The position numbers were made by a program, and so were the translations under genes. The notes below the pieces were generated by a model that was not told the origin of the DNA, did no database searches, and worked only from the letters and a program-made list of their open reading frames with translations. Below are positions 38,693 to 50,720 of a stretch of DNA of 64,000 bases, one piece after another; within the stretch, counting starts at the first letter, position 1; the number at the start of each line of letters is the position of its first letter. The stretch is from Lingula anatina (lineage: Eukaryota > Animalia > Brachiopoda), in contig CM120642.1 in assembly GCA_051362555.1 (NCBI GenBank), forward strand, positions 21,018,001 to 21,082,000. Reading direction: 5' to 3'.

Positions 38693-39903
38693 GTGCCATG
38701 GTTGATTTGACCCTCGGTGACCTTTGATACCAGTTTCAGTGTCCGATTCATTTCTGTATCCCATATTTTTCTTTGTGTGTTCATTTCTGCGTTTTTTTTA
38801 AGTTGGTTTAGAAACAGGAGTCTTTGTCAGCCTTTAGTTTTCTTTCTAGGAATCTTTCTAGCAAGGATGAGGTCCTCGAGTTGACCTTTTCTAATGACAT
38901 GGCTGGTGAATTTTGTCTCCCCTTTATAATTCTCAGGAGTTGTTGGTCTTGTCCAACTCACTTGAGAACTGAGATAGAACATGAGCATGATATGAAATAT
39001 GCAGCATTCAACAGTAAAACTAAATCTTTGCAGCCTCTGTTATTTGTCATTGCAGCCGAGTGTCCATGCCTCACTACCATACCAAAGTACAGACCATACA
39101 AACCACCAGAGAAGTCTAATTTTTAGCACCCTTGATATTCCCTGATCCTTCAATATTGCAGACATTTGATAAAGACTAGTTTTTGCCATTACTATTTGTC
39201 TTCTGATCAACTTTTCACACCTTCCATCTGACATCAATTGGCCCGAGGTAATTGACAAAATGGACTTGTTCAATCAGGATTCCATACTAGGTGACATGTT
39301 GGAGGTTGACTTTCTTAGGAGATAACCATACTACAGGTCTTCTTGTAGTTGATTCCCACTACCCAGTCCTCCTTTCAAACAGGCATCCCAAACCAGATCT
39401 AGGAGTCTTTTGAGGCTTTCCTTGCTGTCAGCTATAAGTGTGGTTGTCTGCATATCTGCTCTTCTTGATGCACCTTCCACTGCTCAGTACACTGTCTTAT
39501 GAATAAGTATGTGTCCTCAAGTTGTTGGAGTATATGCTCACTATAAAGATTGAAAATATCAGGGCTCATCACACACCCCTGTCGCACACCACAGTTGATT
39601 TCAGTCCATTCAGTAAGGCCGTTCGGCAGTTTGATTGAACCCTTTTGTTGGTTGTAGAGATTACAAATGACCAAGTCGTCCTTGCCATCTAGTCCAATGC
39701 CATTGAGGCAACTATTAATATTATTTTATTAAGGATGGGAACATTGATTCTAACAGCAGCACCTTACCTAGTCTGTTCTTTGTCTTCTCCAACTCTTCTA
39801 TCCTGCTGCTGATGACGGCATAGAAAATGAACAGGACTGTCACAGCCACAGCGGCCACCAGGAGTATTTGTTTTCCTTGCATTCCAAAGCGAAGGAAGCG
39901 CAT
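30440..39903 (-). CDS. HS2ST1: Heparan sulfate 2-O-sulfotransferase (~361 aa, type II membrane protein)
   Basis: Exons 39903-39768, 37841-37756, 37460-37293, 36769-36684, 36490-36352, 33968-33871, 33625-33468 and 30654-30440 join in frame. There is an N-terminal TM segment, the 5'-PSB motif [12 protein letters not shown], the 3'-PB motif [35 protein letters not shown], and the C-terminus FFYEKIRPR*. Confidence 0.96.
30855..33266. mobile_element. Non-autonomous PIF/Harbinger-type DNA transposon (2.4 kb) in the last HS2ST1 intron
   Basis: Perfect ~49-bp TIRs (aggctgggtcacactgcgcttgcaaccttttggcaacctctttgcaacc). TTA target duplication at 30852-30854 and 33267-33269. Many subterminal gcaacc/gcgacc motifs. 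No transposase ORF. Confidence 0.85.
34039..36234 (-). mobile_element. HINE-like element, second full copy, in an HS2ST1 intron
   Basis: Reverse complement of 2949-4629 with the same termini and extra internal tandem units. Confidence 0.75.
38660..39710 (-). mobile_element. 5'-truncated, decayed RTE-clade LINE (reverse transcriptase fragment) in HS2ST1 intron 1
   Basis: [18 protein letters not shown] (RT motif) and [16 protein letters not shown]...[22 protein letters not shown], with frameshifts. It ends in a (GA)n tail at 38660-38691. Confidence 0.85.
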
Positions 39904-40407
39904 CACATAGCAGACTGCAACCTGCTGAAAGAGGCAGCTAAGCAGATAAAAACTTCTCCGCCCAGGTCCAGACAAAGAAAGTGAAGGCCAAAAGCTAACT
40001 ATCACGAATGGAAGACTCTAAGCGATCTATTTTCACAGGATGGACTTGTACGTTTCCCTGTCCAAGAATCTCTTTATCGCAGAAAGGAAAAAACCTGGTA
40101 TGCGAATGGGGCAATTAGCCTGAGTGAAACAAGATAAGACATTTTAAAAGTAACCCGAAAACAACGATAGTGAAACTCGATAGAGAAAAAATTAATGTTC
40201 GAAAACGCATTCATTTTACGTAATTATGTGATTGCTAAATATATTGCATATGTAAAGTTAATACAAATAAAAAACTTTTTGTGTTAAATTTTATCTTTGC
40301 ACATGTAAATTATAATTATAAAACAGAGTATATTTTTTAATCTTTAAATGTGTTTCATTATTTCCTCCCAGGCAATTTTTGAAAATCCCGAAAGCATTTT
40401 TCTGCTA

Positions 40408-40412
<5 letters not shown>

Positions 40413-40476
<64 letters not shown>
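40413..40476. repeat. (AC)n microsatellite
   Basis: Directly visible in the sequence. Confidence 0.9.
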
Positions 40477-40477
<1 letters not shown>

Positions 40478-40539
40478 AGTGTTTATTTTTTAAACACTGG
40501 CATCTTTAATATGTGACTTTTATCTCTCATCCACCTGAG

Positions 40540-40836
40540 GCTCTGTTCATTTTCTGTATTTCCACATAAGCAGTACTATTATTATTTATGTCTTTAAACA
40601 TTATGTTATATTATTTTATGCACTGTCACCATTTTTCACATATTTGGATTCTCATGGTCCTGAAACTGTAGCCTAATCTTATTGACCATGTTACCTGTTG
40701 TGCATAATTAAATTTAAGTGTTGATTGACTTGTGCTGTTATAAGCATTATTTCTTATTGCATCAAAATGGCCTATTTTCTGCATCTTTATTTTCTGCTTT
40801 TGTCTGTACATTTGACAGTTTTGCTGCCTTGTTTTC
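40540..40836 (+). mobile_element. 3' fragment of a HINE-like element
   Basis: Ends in ctgcttttgtctgtacatttgacagttttgctgccttgtttt, the same terminus as 4588-4629. Confidence 0.55.
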
Positions 40837-41262
40837 ACATTGAACTTTATATTTTTGCGTCTACATCTGTAGCGGTGTTTTAAAGGGTCATGAAGTTACC
40901 AGTCTTTGAGATAGCGATATGTGGCACTGAACTTTTACATAGGCTGAAAATAATTTTGATTGATTGACAACCCTGCCTCTGATTGAAAGCAAGCCCGTAT
41001 GAATCAACCAAAACTGACTGCGTTGTGTCTGGAGTGGGTACTCTGTTTTCGTGGTTCCCTGTATAATTGCAGTGATTTGTTTATCTGGCAACACATGTCG
41101 CTTCAGATTAGATGCAGATGGAACGGTATCAAGGACGGATCAAGGATTATTTGAAGACTTCAGAAGGGGGGGGTCCGGTTTTTTAGGAAAGAGGCCCGCT
41201 GAAGGGCACCGAAATTTTTTGGTATTTTAGAGGGCGAACGGTGCCATTTTTCTACGGTCTAG

Positions 41263-42057
41263 ACAGACAAATTTCTAACGTATCCAAAGCATGTTTAATA
41301 TTAGAAACATTGGTTCTTTACGAAAACATTTAACTGATTCTACTACAACAACAGTAATACATGCCCTGGTTACATCAAGACTTGACTACTGCAACTCCAC
41401 TTTAATATGGATCTTCGGAGGAACAAACCAAACGGCTACTTGTACAAAACATATCTGCTCGTCTTCTGACCCGCACTTCAAAAGACAACCACATCACCCC
41501 TGTTTTAATGATGTTGCACTGGCTCCATGTGCGAGCACGCATTTTATTATAACTTTAACATTTGCACATGCAGCATTTTATAACTTGCGCCCTCCCATTT
41601 AAATGAGCTAGTTTCATATTATACACCATCACGAAATCTTAGATCAGGTGACCACTTTCTTATTACGGCTTGTAAGGCAAGATTGGTGTCATGTGGTGAC
41701 AAAGCTTTTAAAATTGCAGCACCTAGAGAATGGAATAATTTACCCATCAATCTTTGACAAATTGTAGACCCTGGACATTTTAAAAAGGAACTTAAAACCT
41801 ACCCTTTTAAGCAATATTATTTTTAAATTCTTGTAAGAACACTTTTTACGAATAATTGTTTCTTAGTTCATAGTTTAAATTTTCACCTCTTATCCATTTT
41901 TTACCTTTAACTTTTTTTCTGCTATCATTTTCCTTCTACTCATCTTATATCCATTAGTGATTTTTTTCTTTTAATTGTGAATTTTATAAATTCTGTAAAG
42001 TCTATTGAACATGTACGTTGGATTTTAGACTATAAATAAATATTATTATTATTATTA
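41263..42057 (+). mobile_element. 3' fragment of an L2/CR1-group LINE
   Basis: RNIGSLRKHL...VIHALVTSRLDYCNS is followed by frameshifted HITPVL..LHWL-like and NLRS-like segments, an AT-rich 3' UTR, aataaa and a (TTA)n tail. Confidence 0.8.
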
Positions 42058-44334
42058 CTAGAACTATGATTAAGCTAGTCAAAATTTTAATATCAAGAGA
42101 GGAGTATTGGTGTGATTTATTTTTCAGAAACCGAAGGGGGGGGGGGGGGGCGGGCAGGACCCCCCTGACTCCCCGGCTAGCACAAAATTCATGCGTTGTA
42201 CTGGTTGTGCTTACGCACGGCAGGAAAGGTCTCAAAAAGTGCTAACTTTCGACCAGTTTTGCACTCCCACAGAAACAAAAAATAATGATAATAAAATGAA
42301 ATAGAAAAATTATTTTAAAAAAAGTAGAAGTATTGTTCTCTGCAAAAATTGCCCCTATTCATGAGAAGACGCGTTACTGTCTACCATTAAAAGACCCAGT
42401 TCAATAGAAAATGGAACTACTTTTTATATCAACCCTGTATCAATTTCTGATTCCCCATCGAGTAAATTCTGAATCATTCTTACGAATATATAGAGATTAA
42501 AATAGATTAAAATAAAGGAAGAGAGAGAGAGAAAGGTTAAACGATGAGAATGGAACTATACGGCATTTCGGTAGGGCCTACTGAGTTTACATGTGAATGA
42601 CCCTTAAATCGGGGCTTAAGTAAGCTCAGTATCTGTGGGTATTTCTAAGGCCAAATTTGGGACAAAGGAAGCGAAGATATGAAGTTTTTGTTTTCTTTTT
42701 ATTCACGAAAATTAATACAGGACATTCACAACACAATGAGGGACAAAAACACCTTCCACACACCATTCACATACTGCAAAAAAGTTCTTACAAATGCTGA
42801 TTAAAAAATACATTTAGAATTTTTTTAATAAAAGAATCTTAGTAGGCCTGGGCTATGACAAATGTTCTTTTCTATTCATATAATATTTTTTCTATACTTT
42901 CACATTTTTTTCTTAGATCATCTGCCTTTTGAGGACTCAGTATATATAAAGACTGAAAATCTATTTTCTTTTGCTTTTCCAAAACTTTTTGCAGGCATTC
43001 CAGAGAAATGTATGATATGAAGTTGCCTCGTACACAATTTTTTGAGTGCACTTCTTTTGTTTACGTACTAAAAGAGAGGAATGTCAAGACTCGCCTACCG
43101 CCCCCGGTTCCTCTGTTTAAACCCCTTTGACTTATCTGCTGGCAAACCGACTTTTCTCGACCTGAGTTCAAAAACTACGGAAGATTTTTTACCTAATCTG
43201 GGTCATAGAAACAAGTTAAAGATGTTTCTCTATGATAGATTAGTTGAAAAAATTACCGAGAGAAAAAAGCTTCATTTTTAGTGTCACTTGCGGTATGAAG
43301 CATTAATATACTGCACGTAGAATATTAATTGCAAAAGGCATGCCAAAAAATCTATTTCATTATAATATGCTCCTTTGGACAAAAAATTCATAGAATGTAC
43401 TAGATGAGGCAAAGCAAAGATGATGTTGTTAATGCTGTATTAATTTTGTTTTTATTTAAAAATAGAGTAGAATAAATTAGATAAAAAAGTATGTTTTCAA
43501 GTAAATATTCGATCAGTAACTCTTATACGGCGTAGCAACCATTTTATATATAATGAAAAGATAATTTTTTACCAATCTGATGAAAAAATATTGAACGAAC
43601 AACTTCAATAGATTTAACCAAGAATTTCAAGTCTTTGATTAAACCAGCCCGACTTATTCCACTATTAGTTATTCATTTTCACACGTTATTAAAATCTGGA
43701 GTTTTTTATACTTATGAAATACTAACAATATATCGCAGATTAAAGCTCGAAAGATTGTTAACGCATTGAATAAAATTGTTTTCAGTTTTAATTTGGCAAT
43801 TTTAATTGTGCAGTTTATTTAAAAACAGCAGTTTTCACGCACGCTCCTGTCAATATACAGAGACGGCTACTTATTGCCCCGGTCCTTTATAAGGAACGAA
43901 CAAAACTGGTCCTTTTTAATTTTACCTGGCCACTAGCATCATTATCTCGGCATTTTTTCTCTCCGTAGCTCATGAAAAAATGAAAGGTTTTACTTTTTAT
44001 ACCATTCGTTTTTTAAAAATGACCCAAAAATATTCATTGGGTGTAAAAGAACATTAGTATGATTAAAGTAATATGTTCAGTTCGTATATGAAGTTCCGAT
44101 TTCGTACGAGCACCAAAGGAAGGATTATGGAGCAACAAACATCGACAACAACGTTAATTAATGTATAATATAATTAATCTATATAGTAATTTTAAATCAT
44201 ATCCAGAAAAAGAATGACAACTGATTTTTAGTACAATTAAAAACGCCTGTGGAAGAACCCGGGACTCTTAGATAAATAAATAAAATAAAATGCCCCTACC
44301 TCCAGAATGTTACGACATGTATTGTTATAGACAG

Positions 44335-44731
44335 GTATGAATCAAATTCAAACAGGCTCATTCAACTTTGATAGAAGCTGTCAAGCGCACACGACTATGA
44401 ATGACAGTTTTTTAAATAAACGTCAAACACAATTACTACACTCCTCTCTCCGAACATGTAAAACTCCAATATCCTTTGATTGACAAGATGCCAATCAAAT
44501 TCATTAGTTTTGATAGTTGCTGTCAAGTAATAACAGCTTGATTGGCAGGTTATATAAACAAACGTCAATCACAGTCATTACACAGTGGATCACTCTAGTC
44601 GTCGAACACGTTTAGTTCAAGCTTGCTACATCCTTTAATTGACAAGTTGCCAATCAAATTCAGTTAGTTTTAATAAGTTTTGTCAAGTAATAGCAGCTTG
44701 ATTGGCAGGTTATATAAACAAATGTCAATCA
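44335..44731. repeat. Imperfect ~160-bp tandem repeat (2.5 copies)
   Basis: ttgacaag.tgccaatcaaattca.ttagtttt...tgtcaagtaata.cagcttgattggcaggttatataaacaaa.gtcaatca occurs at ~44478 and ~44638, with a weaker copy at ~44340. Confidence 0.7.
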
Positions 44732-45455
44732 TCGCGCATTGTGATTTTTCTCGCTGTGAAACAGTGAGTACGCCGAAAGAGAGCGCTAAAATCTGAAGTT
44801 AGTAATAAACTTGCAAAATATTTCAAGAGACTATATACAGCATGTTTCCAAAAATAGTTCTCTTTCTGAACCCTTCAGCGTGTCTAATACGAAACTCTAG
44901 ATTACAAACTATTTTGTAAAAAAAGAAGAATTTAGCAAAAGAAACCAATTTAAAAACAGATTCAAGTAAAGAAATATGACATTTGACGTTATTTTGGAGG
45001 TAGCACATGGATCACTTCAAAATTAGTACAACTATGTGCCCCAGTATCTATGTGCGTGGAAGAAAGAGGAATAAATGTTTTTGCATTATGTGTGGAATAT
45101 TGACAGATTCTTTTACTGTCAAAGTCTACTTTCTGCAAAATAATAAATAAATAAAACGGTACTAATTCATCTTCATTAAAGGTGAGATTCGTGTTGTAGT
45201 TGAGATAAGTGGTTTAATTTTTGCGGGGCTAATTGTTAGCAAAGACCTGTAATAATAAGTGGATGGGAAACAAAAATATAACTGTAAACAAAAATATTAC
45301 TATCCTATTTAACAAACAAAACACTACTTCGCTCTTGTAACTATATTGTTAGTTTATTTTACTGCAGTAAAGCGTGGATAATATAGTTCAAAACGCCCTC
45401 ACAGTGCCGTTGTTTTTGCGACTTCTGCTGCTGGGGTTAGGTGATGGGGCGAGGA

Positions 45456-45753
45456 CAGGGGTGGATCCAGGATTATTAGAAGGGGGGGGGGGTCCGGAAC
45501 GACAGGCCTCGGATGCGAAACCGACCATCGCCCCCTTGGTGTGGGGTTTGGGGCTTGCTCAACGGCCCCGACAAAAATGGTGTTTTGGAGAGCAAACAGT
45601 GCCCTTTGGTATGCTTTAGAACTATGATTTAGCTAGTCAAAATTCTCATTTCATGAGGGGAATATTGGTGTGATTAAATTTTCAGAAACCGAAGGGGGGT
45701 GGGGGTGGGGGGGTCACGATCCCCTGACCCTACCCCGTCTTAATCCGCCACTG
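45456..45753. mobile_element. MITE with CAGGGGTGGATCC...ATCCGCCACTG termini
   Basis: Short imperfect TIRs and G-runs. The right half matches 42058-42175 and the left half resembles 41130-41260. Confidence 0.6.
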
Positions 45754-48164
45754 GGTATAATGATCGATGCGAAAATGCCTTCAGTCCGTTTTGACGCTTT
45801 CCCTGTACGCACATCTACTATAATGGATAGGATTCGAAATAACCAACACCGGATAACTTAAAGATGCATACAAAGTCAATTTTTTGTCACAAAAACCAAC
45901 CAAATGCCAGCATATAGTTACAAGTAGAGTATAACTAAGAGAATTACCAAAAGGCATTGTTTAATTTTACCCCAAAGTGATGTTTGAACAAATTTTTCTG
46001 CTGGCATTCTAAGCTGTATGTCAATGGGGCAGGAAAGTAGGTCACGGAAGTAGGTTAAATTTACAACCATAAATTTAAAGAAAGGAGCACTCTAAAGGTC
46101 TTTTATGGCCGATCGAGTGATCTATTCAGTTTATCCCTTGGCATGTCGAAATTATTTGAGTCATATAAGAATCTAGTAGAAGTGGTTTACATGTGTTACT
46201 GGGAATCCACACTCCACCGATGCTCGGTTCGTATGTACCTTTAAAATAATCATCCAAAAACCACGTACATTACGGAGCGTACAGACAATTCCGTTTTTCC
46301 TCTGGTTTTTAATGAACTAAATTAGATGGTGCAAAAAAGACTATTCTACTGAATCAGATATAGAGGGTGAAAAAGAAACTGAGACGTCCCTGGGGTCTAG
46401 ACAATCCAGGTTAACGATTCTGTAATAATAGGTTGTGTTTGTTTGTCTTTTTTAATGTGCTCTATAACAAGAAAGGCAGTCAAAGTTAGGGTCGGTCGCA
46501 CTTTTTATGGTGGGAATTGATTGTCAAATTTACAGATTTCGGGCATGAAATAAAATTTTGGGATTTTTTAGGGGTCAGATGTAAGTTTTCTCTAAATTCA
46601 GGCCAGGCTCTCATTATTTAGCAAGCTAATCAATTCTTTGGTCTAATGGTTAGTATCATATTCGTACATTTTCATTTAAACGACCCCGCAGCTTTGATAA
46701 CTAGTATTATAATTTCTCAAACCAAAGAAAGTAATAAGAAAATAAATACAAGCGGGCGAAGGTTTACTGTATTTGAACCCACAGTGCGGAAAATGATACA
46801 TTGGAGTGGGGCGCTTTTCTTGATTTCACTGATTAAATATCGTATTAACCGATTTTTCGTAGGGCTAAGAACATCTCTTGTCTGTAAAAAGCTTTTTTTC
46901 CGGAATCTGCTACCGTATAACATAAAAACTGCTTTAAAATAATTTAGAAGAGCAATGCTAGTAGAGAATTATATGACTAAAAACGGAAAGAAAAGTATTT
47001 CTATTCATCATCATGTTCAGTTGAAGACAACATACGGAAGTAAGAAAATATCATCAAATCTTATAAGACAAAAACAGACATGGCGGCAAATCATTTATTC
47101 TGTATTCATACAGTACTACATATCATGTAAACCTACTGTCACACAGGTGCATGTTGAGAACTAGTAACTCTCGGTGTTTTAGAAGCAAATCTTATATTCT
47201 TGCGTAATCGTGTTTACCCAATACATTCTTGAACTGGCCTGGTCCCAGGTCTGAATTACAATGCACTTCGTTATGATAACAGATAGGTGCATGAAGGGTA
47301 CTTAAGGCAAAGTGGTGTCATTGAACAATACATGTAGCAGTAAACAAGTTAATTATTTAATATAAATAATATGCCTTATAACAGTTTATGAACACCCCAC
47401 AGTCCTACATCAAATAACACTAATTAATGTCATTAATGACTAGCACCCTCATCTTACAAAGATAAAATTGAAACTTAGATAGAAGATAACACAAGTAACC
47501 TTGAGAGAATGTCGTTTACGTTTCTACTTTTACTAATTATGACGTAGCGTAAGTCGAAAAAGTAATAGACTAGGATCCCAACAGTAGAATAGCCATTTTG
47601 AAAGAATATTTTATCCATTGATCCGACGCGAAGGTCAACTTTCTAAATATGATGTAATCAACATAAATATTTTTCAAAGTAAAGGTGAACTAAAGCCGTG
47701 GTATTTCTATAAAATACAATCATTATTAACTTCTACAAAAACATAAGAATTTTTTGCATAGCCTAAGATTTTTATTGAAAGAAAGATAACATTCCAAGTC
47801 AAACTATACAGCCAAAAATTGATATCTCAGTTGGACGTTGTTGCTACAGTCTTCGCCATCATTGCATGTTGCAAAATAAGAAAGCATTTAAAGACATTTT
47901 TCTGACATCCACAGTCAATTCATCCAACGATATTATCAAAAAAATTACAGGGGTTATGTGTTAAAATATGATGGTTTAAATTATAAGCAATTAAGAGGAT
48001 TTAAAAATATTCACAACAAACTTCTTCCTTTACTGAAGTTAACCATTCGTCATGTACAGAAGCTTGCATATGAGTCATACTGACTGTACCATCATCATCT
48101 ATCCTAATTCCTCGTCTGTCACCTTTGTGTACATAATACAACCAATACTGAAAGCATACATCAT

Positions 48165-49050
48165 TTAACCGTGTGCTAATAGAGGAGTCCATATATATAT
48201 AGATGTATTGTCAAAAATAAGCATATCTTCGTCCGGTATGAGCAAAAACTCACTTCCACCACCTGACACACCCAAAATCATCTGTCGCTTGAATGTTTTC
48301 CCCCTTTTCTCCACGTGCTTCATGGATTTGATAACACGAGCATTATTTCTATGAAGGGGTACCCCATTCTCTCCTACATTTTCATTCGGGCTGTGACTGT
48401 TAGTATTGTTGAAAGGTATATAAATATATATTTCGTTTTTTGATTCCACTTCTATACACAAATATTCCTTGACATCGTTATACTTTATATTAAGTTCAGT
48501 TTTAGGCGAAGTGAAATTATTTCTACCAGGTTCATTATTAGATGTAACATCTGCTGTGATACTGGAGCTACTGCTTTTGACGTTGGGAGAGCTAAAATTT
48601 AATGCCTGAAGTGAAATATAGTGGTGTTCTGCGAGATGTCCGAGAATAATCATATTGGGTTGATTGACATCACCATTTTCAGCCGTGGAATGCAAAAACC
48701 GGGATGGTTAGGCTTCTTCGCCTAAGCTAGGCACCACCATTAGACCTATATCCACACCGTACAGTGTCGAAGCTGCCTGCAGTACAATATGGCCACCCCA
48801 GGATGTTCCTGCCATACCCTGGAGATACCATCCCAGTCATTACCGGGTACGAAGTTACTGTAATTCACCCCATGTGCATTAGTGGGATGTTTGGATAAAA
48901 AGTTAACAATTTGTCCTCTCACGTCCCTGTGGGTGTACTTTGTTTTTTCATTAAATTGAGTTGGTGGGCTAAGCAGCGTAAAAAGCAATTTCCATCTTTT
49001 GGAGTTTCAGTGACCTCCACTAACCCCATGCTCAGAGCATTTCTTATTTA
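48165..49050 (-). pseudogene. Frameshifted OTU-family cysteine protease (deubiquitinase) relic, possibly from a Helitron/Helentron
   Basis: Read across frames: ETPKDGNCFLRCLAHQL (Cys box, DGNC at 48985-48996), YLQGMAGTSWGGHIVLQAASTLYGVDI, and IILGHLAEHHYISL (His box). It has at least two frameshifts, one stop and no introns. Confidence 0.75.
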
Positions 49051-50335
49051 ACAGTTATACATACTTTGCGATACTGGGTCTTGATGTTGTTCTAATAACC
49101 TCAGCTCTTTCCAAATGTCTTTTGAGTGATAGTAACATTTATCAAGTCCATGTTGTGGACAGCATCTATCGCACATTTCATTTTAGCAAATTCGTTTTTT
49201 TAGCACGACAGTTTCTGTAAAGGCATATGACAGATTCTAGCTTGGCTTTTTTCTGTCGCTGTTGTTCGATATCTCTACTTAATGATGGTTTGCGGTAAAC
49301 ACGGTACCAAACTGGCTTCTCGTTGTCTAACTTTATTTTCTAACGATGGGTTTCATAATCAGCAGAAACAACGGTACATTGCGCCACCCTCGGTGTACAA
49401 AAGCCTTGTCCTCCTCTTTGCACTCTTCTGTCTTTTCGTTCCACAGCAAAAAAAAATAATCGCAAAGGTAAAAAAAAATAATTGCAAAGTTGGTATCAAT
49501 TCTGTGAGAAAAGGCACTCATGGCCACTAGACAATCATTCAACAATCTGTTTACAAAGGTGTACTGTTTTTAGCCAACTCAGTTCATGCCAAAAAAGCTC
49601 ACCCTCCCTGAGGGAGCTATCCCCCAGGCCAATTGGCGTGTTGTGTTGAAAAAATGACTGTACTTATGGCAAAATGAACCCACAATTTCTGACTTCTGAT
49701 TGACCAATAAATAACAGTTAAAATGCACCAGAATGCAGTATTATACATACAGTTTTTAAAATTTATCCACACCCTCCCCCCTCGGGGGCTTCGTCCCCTC
49801 GTGTCCGCTTACTGCCCCCCCTGGCATTTTGCTCAGGCTACGGCCCTGGTAGCATATCACTGTCCGGAGGCTATCATTTTCTTTAATATCTTAGCTTAAA
49901 AATAATACTAACATCAAACTGTTGATATGGTTTTCTGGGGGTGTTTTTTTATTTTGAATGACATCTCATGTCAGGTTTGATATTATTGACCAAAATATCT
50001 TACAATAGAAAACTGGATATTTTTATCACTCATCCATATACTTTTTTTGATAAATAAAGCCAAAAATATTAATCTCGCTCAAAAATAACAATGATAAAAA
50101 ATATTCCATACTTAAAAGTATTAACCCTGTAAGTTTAATTTCTGGATCACTATAGTTCGTGACGTTCCAGTGAGCCTTTCGGAAGTTCATATGTAAAACT
50201 CGCGGGAATACACGAATCCATATAAAAATAAGAGCTTATACTAACTTGGAACGGGATAAATTACGCACCATCATGTGAGTGAGTAATGAGCCCCCCCCCC
50301 CCCCCCACACACACACACACACAATCATCCATGAA

Positions 50336-50720
50336 TGTCTTTAGTCGCTTGGTCTCTAACAAGTTTCTTACCGGTCGCAAACATTCAAAAAGATGTTGAT
50401 GGAAGGTTGCAAGTGACCGCAATAAAATAGGCGTAGGATGGTGGGCAATTTGGATGTAGACTATTTTTTCATATTTTGTCATGCCTGCTTTCTATAATAT
50501 GATACAATGATCACAAATCATAAAATCTTGGTAAAAGAATACATAAGATGCATTTGTTGGCAAAAAAAAAAAAAAAAAAAAATGAATAGCGGCGCGACTA
50601 GATATTTACCAGGCGTTCTTTTAGAAACCTTTTTGCGAGTTGTAGCAACTAGTCGCCAGAGATCGTTGCAAGTCGCAAATCTGCAGTACATAAGCATTAT
50701 AACTGAAAGGTTATCAGACA
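50336..50720 (-). mobile_element. Fragment of the same Harbinger-like family
   Basis: 50336-50446 is a diverged reverse complement of ~32772-32880. Further gtcgc/ttgca motifs continue to ~50720. Confidence 0.6.

Noticed and set aside
42580-47500. A single large transposon spanning the intergenic block
   Set aside because: It looks repeat-derived, but I could not identify matching termini, a target duplication or a transposase.
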